From positions 17,298,001 to 17,362,000 of the forward strand of contig NC_087436.1 of assembly GCF_036321535.1 (NCBI RefSeq): 64,000 bases of DNA. The letters are read 5' to 3'. The notes beneath the pieces are model-generated. The model saw nothing but the letters and a program-made list of their open reading frames with translations. It did not search any database and was not told the origin of the DNA. This DNA is from Camelus dromedarius (lineage: Eukaryota). A program made the position numbers and the translations under genes. Of this stretch, positions 25,613 to 38,618 are shown piece by piece. Within the stretch, counting starts at the first letter, position 1. Each line of letters begins with the position of its first letter.

Positions 25613-27879
25613 TTACTGATCTACAAAATGTGGATAATGGTATTTAACATGCAGAAATGTTGGGAGGATTAAAAATGACATGAGCATCTCACATATCATA
25701 GGTATTCAATAGAGCTGAACCTGAAAATGGAATATATTACTATGGGAAATTGGATATGGATAGCACCACAAAATCTGGAGGTGGTCAATAAATGCTTATG
25801 GACACTATGCAAATATTTTCTGTCTAGAAAGGGAAATTTTATAAGTTTCCCCAGAAGCTCAAGGAAGAATGTATTTCATACACCATCCATATGTTTCTTA
25901 TATTTGGTTTTCTATTTCAGAAAATGTAAAAGAAAAATAACCCTTTGAACATGATCAGAGAATCCTAGTATCTTCACCATCATTATTATTAGTAAAATCA
26001 GTAACAAATACTTGATGAACCTTTATTTAATACATGGAAATGCTTCAGACCAGCACACAGCTCTTAAGTTCCTGCAACATTAAGAAAGGTCATATTTCAG
26101 CTCATCTCCAACAACCAATAAACACCCTGTTGAAACCGTTTAAGGTTAGTGGTAATCAGTGAATAAATTTTATTTGTCTCTCCCAGGATTCCTCCCATTT
26201 ATTTTAGACAGTGCAACCTTCCCTTTGTGGAACTACTCTTCCCACCCCAAAATAAGTATCTTTACTCTTTCCTCTTCTCTATCTCTTTACTCCTTGGCAG
26301 TAGTGGGCTCATGACCCAAACTGATCAGAAGTTTCCAGCAGGACTTTTCAATGGAAAGAGGGGTGAATAGAGGCATGGAGCTTTGGTACTGATAAGTCTT
26401 GACCAGCACCTCATGGAGCAGGTTGGTCTGAAAGAATATACACTTTTCATTGAAATGGAGGGAAGCACATTAGAGAAAATGGCAAAGAGTATCTTGAAGT
26501 TTTCTAGTCCTTGAACTTTGCTTCACTCTTCTCTCCCCAGTGATTTGTTTATGTGTCAATAAATTCTTCCTTGTGCTGCTTCAGATTGGGTTTCTGTGCC
26601 TTGAAATCCAAAGAATCCTGATGAACAGAACTAGGGATACCAGGAGTAGATCTGGAAATAAGAAAACGATAAGTGGGTTCTCAGTCTCGATTTGGAAGGA
26701 ATGACGAATTGGGTGAGTTGGACTTAGTTACACGATTATAATTTTAAAAATGGTAGGAGGGACTCTGCACCAATTCAAAATCAAAACTATGCAAATTACC
26801 TTCTGAATATATTTTTAACAATTAGTCTTTATTGAAATATAATCTACATACTGAAAACTGCCCATACAAGTATACGGCTTGATGACTTATACCCAAATGG
26901 GAACATGAAGAAACCATCATCCAGATCAAGCGAGACAATGTCGCTACCATCCCAGAAGAACCCTTTGGTGTTAATGCGCTGCGAGATCAGAGAAGGTTGC
27001 TTTGCCTTCAGCTGATGTTGAGTGAGAAGGGTCTCAAGAGCCCACAGTGAGAACTTGGCATGGGCCTCTAGAACTTAAGGGGCATCACAACAAGCCCTAC
27101 AGAGCCCCAGGCGCAGGAAGCATGAACTTAACAGAATCAAGCTGAGAATGAGCCCAGCAATTCTACAGATGGCAGGACAAAGGCATATGTCTTCCCAACA
27201 CCAGAAGAGGACTTTGTGAAAGGTCTTGGGTTTTTCTAAACTCTCTGTACTCATTTTAAAAGGAATCCCACCCAAGAAGTATGTCTGGGGGGCAAAAGGA
27301 CTCAAAAATGAGATGGACCAACAAAAGCCAATTAAAACCCAGGGACTGTGAGGGAGTTATGGAGATGGCTGGTGAGAGGAGCAGTATGACTTAACTTATG
27401 GCAGATCAGTCAAAGGCATTCCATGAAAGACTTTCTCAGAATGTGCAAGCATGTCACGTGGGAGAGTCCTTAACACAGAATCATACCTGGAGAAGGAGAA
27501 GTGAAGACGATCACTTTCCTATTATGGTCCAGCTTGTTTGACAAAAATAGATCCACCTACATGCATTATCTTCTCTACTCAACTGAGAGCACTCTGAAGG
27601 CAAGATATGAGCCTTGTCCACGTTCTTACCTCACCCTCTGCCACACAGGGGCGTACATATCAGCAGGTGCACTAGCAGCCCACTGAAGTCAGTTTTGATT
27701 CACTACTGTCCAATTACGTCAAAATAAAGTGTCGAGCACAGATGGAGCAATGGAAAGGCTGGAAAATGAGCTGGTATAAGATAATTCTTCAGCACTTCCA
27801 GGGATTAGATGTTATGTGTTGCTCTTCCTCTTTGTCTTTTTATTCCCTCCATCACTTTCAAGGAAGGAGTGTGACTAGA

Positions 27880-29440
27880 TGCTAAGGTGGCAGCAGCCCA
27901 GGACATGGTGACAGGCCAGGAGCTGAGGAGAGAGCTGCAGAATTAGGGCAAAGGTGGTGGCCAGTGTGGCCACATCCTTGGGTGCTGAACAAATGAGTAA
28001 ATATGTTGAGGACACTAAGACCAAAATTTCTCCCTGTTGGAGAAAAGGTTTACAAATATGGAAAAATATAAGTAGATAGAAGTTATGTGTGTGTGCGTGT
28101 GTGATGTGTATAAATATATAGGCATATTAATATTCATTTTCTAGTTCTGCCCTTGAAGGTCTGCCAAGCAATTCCAGGAGATCAGTGAGTGCCCAGATCT
28201 TGAATTCTAAAACCCTTTCTCCACACGAAGAAACAAAGGTTCCTCAGAGAGATGGCTGATTTCAAAGCGAGGGCAAGAAAAATGTAAGATAAACCTGTAA
28301 TGTATTTCTGTGTCAAAATGTAAAGAAGCGCTCAGGGAATGACAGACACATGGCAGAAGGGGGACACAGGAGCCTAGCGAGAAGCTGCCACTGGCCAAAG
28401 CTGGGAATTCTGAGACTCACAATAAACAATGATAGAAATAGATTGCAGCCCTTTGAATAAAATGGGATTCCACAAGTCCATTCTGGTATTTTTAAAAAAT
28501 GGAGGGAGAGTTGGAAACTCCTCCTTAAATTAGTGTGCCAATTAATAAGGGTAGAAGAAACAGGAAAAATTACCACATGGTACTGTAATACTGGCGGTTG
28601 ATTTAGACGGTAGTCATTAAGAGATGCTTAGACTGGGGGAGAAGTTTGATGAGGTACAGGATATTGACAAGTATTGGGAGTATCTCTCTCCAAAATACTT
28701 CTCAATTGTAAAAGGAAACATGGAGACTTTAAGGTGGGTAAGTCTGACAGACACCTGCTTGGACTGGTGATCAAGGCTCACATCGCCAGTGGAGAGACAG
28801 GTGCCTCCTGGTGTGAGGTACTGAGAAGAGCACAGCTTTATTTCTGTGGTACCTCTTCAGGAGCGCACAGCCTGACTGGACGTGGGGGAAAAGTCAGACA
28901 GACTCAGGTTGAAGGACAGCCCACAGAGTGAAAGTTTCAAGATCATGAAAGACAAGAGAAGAGGAAGAAACTGTTGCAGATGAAGAGAGACTAAAGATGG
29001 GTCACAACAAAAAGGAATGTGTGATTCTGGACTGAACTTTGGAAAAGGAGATAAGGTGGAAGCACTTGGAAAAATTTTAATGTGCTTCAATGACTCCAAG
29101 TTAGTATTACATCAATATTAACTTACTGATTTTGGTGGCTGTATTGTGATTATGGAAGTGTCTGTCAAGTCTCTACAACATGTTTTGGAGACTTATAAAA
29201 CAAAGAATTTAGGGGAGAATGAAGATTATGACTGCAATTTGCTCTCAAATAGCTCAGGAAAAGAGTAATAATAATAGATTGAGTGAAACAGAGAGAGAGA
29301 GGGAGGGAGAGAAAAGGTGATAAATGTGATGAAGTGTTAGCTCAAGAGTGTGACTGAAGAGGGTATAGGAGTTCTCTGTACTGTTGTTATAACTTTTCAG
29401 AAAGTACAAAATTACTTCAGAATAAATTATTAAAGCATTG
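27880..29440 (+). mobile_element. L1MC-type 3'UTR fragment
   Basis: Motifs such as ACTGCCACTGGCCAAA..GGGA and TTAGTATTACATCAATATTAACTT..TGATTTTG..GTATTGTGATTATG are typical of L1MC 3' ends. Confidence 0.7.
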
Positions 29441-29508
29441 AAATATTATTTTAATTATTTATTCTTATATAGCGTTATCTACTTGATTCCTATGGCAAGC
29501 TCACTATC

Positions 29509-29978
29509 TGTTGCAGGTTAAATAGGGTTTCCCCAAAATTTGTATGTTGCAGTCCTAACCCTCAGTACCTCAGGATGTGGGCTTATTTGGAAATAGGGGC
29601 TTTGAAAATGCCATTAGTTAAGTCAGGTGAGGTTGTACTGGAGTAGAGTGGGCTCCTAATCCAACATGGCTGGGGTCCTTGTAAAAAGAGAGCAGCTGGA
29701 GACAGACATGCACACAGGGAGAATGCCAGGTGAAGATAAGGACAGAGATTTAGTTGATGCCTCTACAAGCCAAAGAATGATGGAGACGGCCAGCAAACCA
29801 CCAGCAGGGGGGATAGAGGCATGGAACAGATTCTTCTTCATAGCCTTCAGAAAGAACCAATCCTGATGACACCTCATCTCAGACTTCCAGCCTCTAGAAC
29901 TGTGAGAAAATACATTTCTGTTGTTTAAGTCCCTTAGATTATGGTGTATTGTTACGGCAGCCCCAGCAAACTAATACT
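29509..29978 (+). mobile_element. MaLR solo LTR (MLT1B/C-like)
   Basis: TGTTGCAGGTTAAAT...GTCCTAACCCTCAGTACCTCAG...GCAGCCCCAGCAAACTAATAC. 5-bp TSD CTATC at 29504-29508 and 29979-29983. Confidence 0.92.
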
Positions 29979-30109
29979 CTATCTGTAAATGTTTCGGGAA
30001 GTGAAGTGGGGGAACTATAGTATCGTACAATGAAATCTGATGATTGGAAGAAACACGAACAAAATTTCTCTGGATTAGAAAAAGAGGTAGAGAATTATCT
30101 GGTATTCTC

Positions 30110-31480
30110 TTACTTGTTCAATTTGTATTTATCACTTATAATGTGGCAGGTTCTGTTCTAGCCACAGAAACTAGCCAACTACTAAGCCAAAGCTCTTGCC
30201 TTCATGGAGCTTATATTCTCATGTGAGAGGGAGATAATAAACAGATGGAAATGACTGCTATGAAGAAATGTAAAATAAAATAGGATGAGGGGATAGGGCA
30301 TAATAAAGGCTATGATTTTAGGTGCATGAATCTGAGAAGATCTCTCAAAGACAATACAATGAGGACTGTAAAAGAGCTTTCGGCTGGAGAGGACAGCCAG
30401 TGCATAGCAGGAAGAAACTTGGAGCGTGAAGGAAAAGCAGGAAGACCATTGTGGCTGGAGCAGAATAAGAGATGCGCAGAGTAATTAGAGATTGCACTGG
30501 AAAAGTAGCCAAGGATGAGATCATGTAGGGACTTTAGATCATAGTAAGGATTTTAAATTTTATTCTAAGTGTCAGGGAAAGCTACTTCAGCATTTCAAGC
30601 CCTGAAATGACATAAACAGATTTATATTTTCAAAGGGTCCCTCTGGCTGCTCTGAACAGAAAGCAGGACGGGTTGCACAGGAGTGAGGAGACCACTCAGG
30701 GGACTGGGCTCCAGAGCCACTCTACCTGTCTTCATCCTGGGTCCCTAGAACCTGACCTTTCTGTGTAGCATCGGAAAGTTTCTTTGACCTCTGGCTTCCA
30801 TTTGGGTTCAGCCAGTGGTCGCCACCAGGATAAAATTAAAAGAGAGTGAGGTCAATATATTTAATTCTTCAGCTTCCTATCTGCAAGGTTGCTGAAGGTT
30901 GGCTGCATCGCTGGGCCAAGGGCCACAGTTACTGTCAGGTAGCCCCTGATTTCTCGAAGTTTGGTTCCTGCTTCCTCTCTTTGTCCATTTAGGTCATTGA
31001 GTGGAAATCACTCCCCATTATTACTAGCTCTGAGTTATGAAACTAACCCAGACTTCACCTTTAAAATAATCTCTATATTAAATTCTCTCCTAATTTATCA
31101 GTTCGAGAGTATTGTCTTTCATCCCTGCCAGACCCCTGCCAGACACTGGGTTATTACAGTAATCTGATGTTGTCTTAGAGTAGAGTGATGTCAGTTAAGG
31201 TAAAAAAGAAGTTAGATTTGGAATGTATTTGCAAAGTAGAGTTAATGGTATTTGATGATGGCTAGACTGTGGGAGGTGTAAGAGAAACGAAGAAGGATGA
31301 TTCTAAATATTTGGCTTGAATGTCTAAAGCACAGAGGAGAATTTAAAAGCAGTTTTGCAAGGAATAAAGAGTTTAGTTGTATGCACGGTGCATTGGAATA
31401 TTTGCTAGGTATTCAAATTCAAACTTTGAGTGAGTAATTGGAGTAAGAAAAAGGTCAATATTGGAAACACAGAGCTTATA
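30110..31480 (-). mobile_element. L2 fragments, with a probable ERVL LTR remnant nested at ~30700-31145
   Basis: TGCCTTCATGGAGCTTATATTC, GGATTTTAAATTTTATTCTAAG and TCCCTCTGGCTGC are antisense L2 motifs. Confidence 0.65.
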
Positions 31481-31484
31481 ATTC

Positions 31485-32890
31485 CAGGCAAGGTAGAGTA
31501 ACAGGGACTGGGTTTACCTTTTAATCCAAAGCATCAAACACGTTGGAAAATATGTTTTTAAGACACATGACACCAGACAACGAAGGACAGCAATAGTGGA
31601 GAGACAAGAAACCAAGGAGGTGAGATATGTGATCTCTCTGACTTACTTTCTTGAGAGAGTTTACATGCGGTGGCACGGGGAGGGGGACTCCAAGTGGAAC
31701 CTGGCTGACTCTCTGAGACGAGGAGATGTAGCTGAGAGTCCTAGAAGACCAAGGAGGTAGAATTCCCAGGGCAGCACCCTGAAGAGGAGAAAATTGCATA
31801 GAGAGGGAATCTCAGATAAACACACAGGATTCCGCTCCAGTATTTAGCAAAGCACAGACCAGTCATGTAGGTGAGGGAACTATCCAAGGCTGGGGAAAGA
31901 ACCACTTGAAGGGTACTTGAAACTCACCCAGGGCAAAACTAGTGTGTGCCTCCACTAACCAGATTGAAAAACCCTCATGATTCATGAGCCATGGTTAGAC
32001 TACTCAGAAAGGTCTTGCCTCAGTAGTGGTGGTTAATAAATCCTTGGCTGAGAACTAGTCCAGTCTTACCAAGCAAATCTTAAAAGCAGGTTTCGAAAAG
32101 ATCAAATTGGTTCCAAGTAACTGTGTCCCAGAGCAAAGCTCAAGAATACTCACAGGAGTAAAATATATCCAGCACCCAACTAGTTAAAATTTACAGTGAC
32201 CCATAAAGAGGAGAAAGAACAATCAATCTAAACCAACTAAGCTAGACACAGATGTTAGGATTATGAGACAGATACATTGAAGCAGTTATTTTAACTGTAT
32301 CCCATATGTTCAAAAATTATAGAGACACAGAACATTAAAAAGGACTCAAATAAAACTTCTGGAGATAAAAACTACCACGTCAAAGATAAGAATTACACAG
32401 GATGAGATTAATGGCAGATGTGACGTCACAGAGGAAAGATTACTGAACCTGAAGCCATAGCAATAGAAACTATGCAAAATAAAACAAAACAGAAAAAGGA
32501 ATACAAAATAGGGAAAACAGAATTATTAGGCTGTGGAATGATGTCAAGCGGTCTGATTTACCTTTAAGTGAAGTCCCTAAAGACAGTAAAATAGAAATAA
32601 TACTAGAAAAAATAATGGACAAAATTTTTCCAGATTTGATGAAAACTATGAATCCATAGATCTGGTATGTGAGACAAACCCAAAGGACAAGAAACATGAA
32701 GAAAACCACAGCTGTGTACATCGTAATCAAGTTGCTTAAAACCGAAGTTAGAGAAAACGTCTTAAACACAGCGGGAGAGAAAAGACATATTACCTACAGA
32801 ACAGCAAATGTAACGGTGACACCCGATTTTTCATCAAAGACAATGCAAAGAAGACAGAGGGGTAACATCTGTAGAGTGCTGGAATAGAGA
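31485..32890 (+). mobile_element. old L1 5' region plus ORF1 fragment
   Basis: ORF 32669-32887 (YIVIKLLKT..ENVL..AGEKRHITYR...DFSSKTMQ) resembles the ORF1p C-terminal domain. Confidence 0.8.
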
Positions 32891-35057
32891 CTGAAAATAT
32901 AAAACTGACAGCCAACAACTTATAGCTGATTTTAAAACCATGGGGCCTAGGAAGCAAATGAACCAAAAAAAAAAAAAAAAAAAAAAAGAGGAGAAAGAAA
33001 GTCAAGACAGGAGAATGAGTAAGTAGTCATGTAAAAATGTCAATCCTAAGGAAATGGAGTTGATGGGAGACACTCTGAGGCTGATCTTTGAGGAACTAGC
33101 CGCCTCCTGCTTCTGATGACATGACGTGAAGTTAGACACATTGGTATGGGGTCAGTTCACAAGCACTCAGCAGGAGGATTTCCCTAATACTTTTCCTTCA
33201 TGCTCGGAGGACCACACTGGGTCATCTTTGCTGTTTTGGTCATTGTTCAAGAGGATATTTCCCTTTTGATTTTTTTCTTTCTCACACTTCCACAAGGTTA
33301 TTGCACGTTCAACAAGTCCATGGAGGCCTTGGAGTTGTTTTTATTTGAAATTATTCCTAAAAATTCCAGTATTCATCCACTTTGTTCAAAGATGAAGTCT
33401 TGTGTTTTGATTAACATAATTTGGAACTTGTTTTGTGGATGGTGTAGTGGTGGAACGGTGTGACTTACAAGGAAATTCTAAAAGGGAAACAATCGAGGAA
33501 AACTGTTCAAATTCGTTGTGATTGTCCCTGAGGTGTGAGAAGTTCAAAAAGAGAAGAGTAAGAGAGAGAGGAGAAAAGACAACGCAGGCTGGTGGGTACC
33601 ACAAAGCCGTTCTTTGCACTCCATCATTAAAGCAGGGACTAAACAGGAAGCTAAAGTTGGTGAGTCTTGGTTTAGTCTGTGCCTCAAAGAGGGAAAGAAA
33701 CTGGAATAGAAGAAAAAGTTGACACTTTTAAGCATATCAGACTGCATATTTTCAAATTCGTAAATACGAATATGCTATTTTAAACTGTTCTTCATACTGA
33801 GTGAAGTCAAAACAGAAATTTATTCTCCATTCACTTTCTCAGTGTCCCTAATGATAGTTTTGTTTTCTGAAATTATACTATTCTTCTCTAATTTGTCTGA
33901 CAATAGACATATTTTATAGCATATTTTTAACTATTCCATCACTAGGCAATTCTACCAATGTGTGATTTGAAAGCAAAGCAATTGTATCACTTTGCCTGAT
34001 CATTTTTTTACCTTTCTCTTTTCCTTGTCTTATTTTCTATTTCTGTCTGTATTCCCCCTCAATAACTCTATGTCTCCCTCCCTCTCCTTTCTTCCGTCCC
34101 GCTCTCTCCCCTTCTGTCTGATCTCTAGGTCTTAATTTTACAGTGAAAACCATTTATGTGGCCTTAGAGGCAAAACAGTTCTCTTAGTTAGCAAGAGGAT
34201 GCAAAGGAGAAAGAACAGGGCTAACAAATCACCTGTCCTATTACATGAGTGTAACTCGTCACAGAGTTTCCTTTCCTTCATCAGCAGCAAACATGACCAG
34301 AATTGTAGAGAACATGGTACATTTAGAAAGACTGTTTTTAAGAAGACTCACTCGTTTATTGGTTCAGCTGAAAAGATACAGTGTTAGATTCCTTAGTGGT
34401 AGTCCCCTAAGGCGAAGGAAAAAATTCCACTTTTTCAAACATTGAAAATAGCTCCAGGATTAACCTATTTTAGAAAATTTTGGTTGAACCTTACAATCCA
34501 GTCCAAATCATAGCTGTCTTTAAACTGTGTCAAATTCATGCAGTTGACAGCGATGGGGGGGGGGTCTCCTTGAAAAGATCCAGATGGCCCTGTTCCAAGC
34601 AGACCGAGTGATTTAAAATCAGAGAACAGAGAAGCTCTCAGAGTCAGGAGAATACTTAAATGCATCTATTCTAACCTTCTACTCAATTCAAGAATCTACT
34701 GGTAAGTGTTAATCCCACTGCCATTTCAACTGTTCCAAGGATAGGAGCCTTACTACCTTAGAAATATCATTTTAAAGTGGTTTGTTTAGATGCTGTTAAT
34801 TGTAGAAATGTCTTCTTTACATTGAACTAAAATCTAAGTTCTTGTAGCTTCTATTTTGCGGGGGAAAAGCGAAAACCTGAGCAATGGTCTCCTTTATCTG
34901 GGAACTCTTCTTAGTTTCCTACTTCAGAGAAACCCATCTGGTCAATGCTGGGAAGACAATGCAGATCTCAGAGAATCATTTTGAAAGCAGAAGGACACCT
35001 GGATCTGAGAAACAGGGACTCAAGAAACCTTAGGGTCTTTATTATGGAGTCATAGCT

Positions 35058-35180
35058 AGAGTTACCATAAAACTTACCGTTTAAACCAGAATACTTTTGA
35101 GAGGGAGAGAGGTATTATTAACAGGCATACCAGGATAACTGATGTGAACTAATACTGCTTCAAGGTACGGGAACATCCTA
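35058..35180. mobile_element. MER81-like hAT MITE
   Basis: AGAGTTACCATA...AAACCAG..TACTTTTGAGAG...TATTA resembles the MER81 consensus. Confidence 0.55.
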
Positions 35181-35219
35181 ATCAAGTTAAGAAAAATGAA
35201 ACTGGGACCAAAACTATTC

Positions 35220-35675
35220 TGTGTTCCCCCAAAATATTTAATATTTCTCCTGGGCACAGAGAAAGACTGTATTCATTACAACCACTACCATCCCCAACAC
35301 ACACACACACAAACACTTGCAGATAGATAAATTGAGTCACAATCTATAGATAGAAGATCTGGGTACATTGAGTTATGGCTCTGAGTTACAGGCATTCATT
35401 GTGGGCACAAGTGATGTACCCTGTTTCAGACACAATCATAAAACATCTGAGTCATCTTAGGATGGCTTCCATTGACTCCTTGATGGTGGAAACATACACT
35501 GGAAGGAGCCTGGATCCCTCCACTGAGGACTGATGCTTGGAGGAGAGCCATCAAGGAGAAACACTGGCCTGGGACGTCCTCATGAGACTCTGTGTGAGCA
35601 AAAAATCTTTGTTGTGTTAAGGCTCTGAGAGTTTGAAGTTGTTTATTAGAGCAGTTAGCCTATCCTGAGTAACAC
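35220..35675 (+). mobile_element. decayed MLT1-type LTR
   Basis: GGAAGGAGCCTGGATCCCT..TTGGAGGAGAGCC..TGTGTGAGC..TTGTTGTGTTAAG..CTGAGA..TTGTT..AGCAGTTAGC. Confidence 0.65.
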
Positions 35676-36624
35676 AGCTCAAAACCATGAAAATACTAAG
35701 ATCAAGTATTGCAGAGCCAATTTAAAAAAATCTGCTTTTCAGGATTTATCCTTAGAAAAGTGTTATGGATATCGACTCAATGATTTCCTAAAATGTCTGT
35801 AGCAGAACTGGTTATTATAAAAATGAAATTAAAACCTATCTAGATGCCCAACAGTATGTGTCAGTTAAAAAATAGGATACATTTGAAAGATGAAATATTA
35901 CACAGACATTAAAAATGACATGAGAAAATATTCACACATTTTAGCAAGTTTTGGGTATATAATACCTTAAAATTACATCTATACATAGAAAAATTACTGT
36001 AAATAGATTAACGTAAAAATGTTACGAGTAATTACTGTAGGTAATAGACAACTGTGATTTTTATCTGCGTTATTTTCTCAACTTAGATGCACACAGTATA
36101 TATTATGTATAATCAGAAGCTTTAATGTTTCTTAATAGAGTTTCATAGATAATAACTAGTTGAACTTCAAGAGCTGACAGAATAGATCACCAGACTATTC
36201 ACCATGGGGGAAAGGGCATCAGGAGTCACAAACCAAGAAACTGCTTCTGCAGAGAAGAGACACATTGTATCTGCAGCATAGTTGAGCTGTTGCGTCCATC
36301 CCAATGCCTCTGCACTCCTCTCACCTCTTAAGAGCCACTGGGAATTTGCTATTGATAACTACAAACTGGCTGAGTAGTCCATTCAGGGGCTGCCATCAGA
36401 GTTCTCTGGCAGAAGCATTTTCCTGAAACTAACCCTGCTTATGGGCTGGAGAGTAGGATGGAGAAGGAAAAGCTGGGAAACCATTTGCGTGCATTGCTGG
36501 GTATCAGTAATCTTTATTGCAGTCTTTCTCAATCCAAAATGATAATGGTAAGAAACTTTGACTCTCAAAGGGAAACAGGAAACAACAAATTAGAGATTCC
36601 TTTAAAACTTTGAGTGTTCTCCCA

Positions 36625-36835
36625 GTTATAACAGATATAATAAGAATGAAAAAATTTGAAACATTGCAAGAGTTACCAAAATGTGACACAGAGACAGCAA
36701 GTGAACAACTGCTACTAAAAAAAAATGCTGTTGATGGGTTTGCTCAATGCAGGGTTACCATAAACCTTCAATTTGTGAAAAAAAAAAATGCAGTATCTAT
36801 AAAGTGAAACACAATAAAATGAGATATGATTGTAT
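36625..36835 (+). mobile_element. Tigger2/MER28-like DNA transposon 3' end
   Basis: GAAAAAATTTGAAACATTGCAAGAGTTACCAAAATGTGACACAGAGAC...AAACCTTCAATTTGT...AATAAAATGAGATATGATTGTA. Confidence 0.75.
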
Positions 36836-37815
36836 CATAGTTTTCTGATTATGCAGTAGAAGATACTTTATTCAGAATTCCATCATGAGAAGCATTCCAA
36901 ACCAAAGAACCACGTTCTTTAAAGCTTTGGAGTTTTCTTTTTAAAAAGATCATCCATTGTTTAAGTCTAACCTTTGTACTTATTGTAGAGAAATTTTCTA
37001 TAGTCTGTTAGACATGGTGATGGTACACCCCAGCTGATGTCCTGGTAGCCAAATATTTTCAATAATGGCTGCAGGAGGCAGAGTTATATAGAACCCCACT
37101 GAGCAATAGCTCAGTCGTCTTGTGTGTAACTCACAATTTGTTAAAACAAATTGGATGCCTTACTGCGTACCAATTGTTTTAAAGCATTTAAGTAAAATTG
37201 TACAAACCTGGGTACTCTGTCTAAAATACACGCACTTTTTGATCATTTTACTCTTGAAGCTAAACATATCTGATGTCCATAAATAAATTCATGTCTCAGT
37301 TAATCTAAATTTTAAGTTCATTTCTAATAAAATGTAATGAAAAATTTCCTCCATGCTCCCTTATGTAAACAACCTCTGTTGATTATTTCAGTGGAAAGAC
37401 TGCATTTTTTTTACTTGCAGGGAGGGGAAAGTGGGGAGGGGTCTCAAAGGAACAAAATGAGCCACTGAGTCATGACCCTGAACAGTGCTTCTCATCCAGA
37501 CACCAGGGTGAATGTACTAACAGGACTGGGGCTAGAATTCCAAGAAAATACACCGACCAGCAAGTTCGAAGTCACAGTGTCATGTTCAGGACCAAGCTGA
37601 GACACGTGGGTGGGCACTCAGGGACAACTCATAATTTCACACTCCTTCACACTCTATTCTTTGACTAGAAGATAGATTCACAGACAGACTGAACACTGAG
37701 AGGGCAAGAACAGCACTGGTTCAGAAATCAATCTGTCTTCTAATAGTGGGGGACTCACAGCTTGCATCCTCCACAAGAGGAACAAAGTCTCTTTAGAAGG
37801 CATTTTGGAAGAAAG

Positions 37816-38125
37816 TGAACTTACTTACAAAACAGAGACAGACTCGCAGACATAGAAATCAAACTTATGATTACCAGAGGGGAAGAGGGGGGAGTAGAGG
37901 GATAAATTGAGAGTTTGGGATTTGCAGATACTAACTACTATATATAAAATAAACAACAAGACCCTACTGTATAGCACAGGGAACTATATTCAATACCTTA
38001 TAATAGCCTATAATGAAAAATAATATGAAAAGGAATATATATATGTGTAAGTGAATCACTATGCTGTGTACCAGAAATTAATACAACTTTGTAAATTGAC
38101 TATATTTCCATAAAAAAAAGAAAGA
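37816..38125 (+). mobile_element. 5'-truncated L1 3'UTR (artiodactyl-type)
   Basis: GAACTTA.TTACAAAACAGA.ACAGACTC.CAGACATAGA...CTACTGTATAGCACAGGGAACTATATTCAA..., followed by an A tail. Confidence 0.85.
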
Positions 38126-38618
38126 AATGTTCCTTAGAGGGACCCTCTTTAGAAAGCATTTTAGAGACCATCAAGTGATCGCTGCCTCCTTGAACCCCCT
38201 TGGTAGATCATGCTCCCCATCATTTCTGGTTCATGAACATTCTTTCATGAATGTTATTTAGCACCTACTGCTTTTCAGGCCCCCTGCTTGGCTGGGGCCA
38301 CAACGGTAAACAAGCAGCATATTGTAGCCTTTCTTCCAACCATCTGCAGTTCTCTCCAGGAGGAGTTCTGGAAAATGCAATTTGCTACAGCTCCCAGCAT
38401 TTTCAGTCATGTTACAGTGGCCTTGGTGACATTTTAAGTGCCCAGGTGCTAGTTCCTTATTCTGGCTCTGAACATATTACTCCCCCATGAACAGAAAGAA
38501 CTTGACCTTCAAAAGGCCATTCACATATTTCCTCCTTGCCAACTTAATTTGAAACCAGTTCAAACTTTGGGGTCAGCAGCCTTGTTTCTGGTCTTCTTGA
38601 ATGTGTGGCCTTGGACAC

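Noticed and set aside
37789..38162. 18-bp direct repeat CTCTTTAGAA(G/A)GCATTTT as the TSD of the L1 fragment
   Set aside because: The copies do not abut the L1 ends. They are more likely a pre-existing short local duplication.
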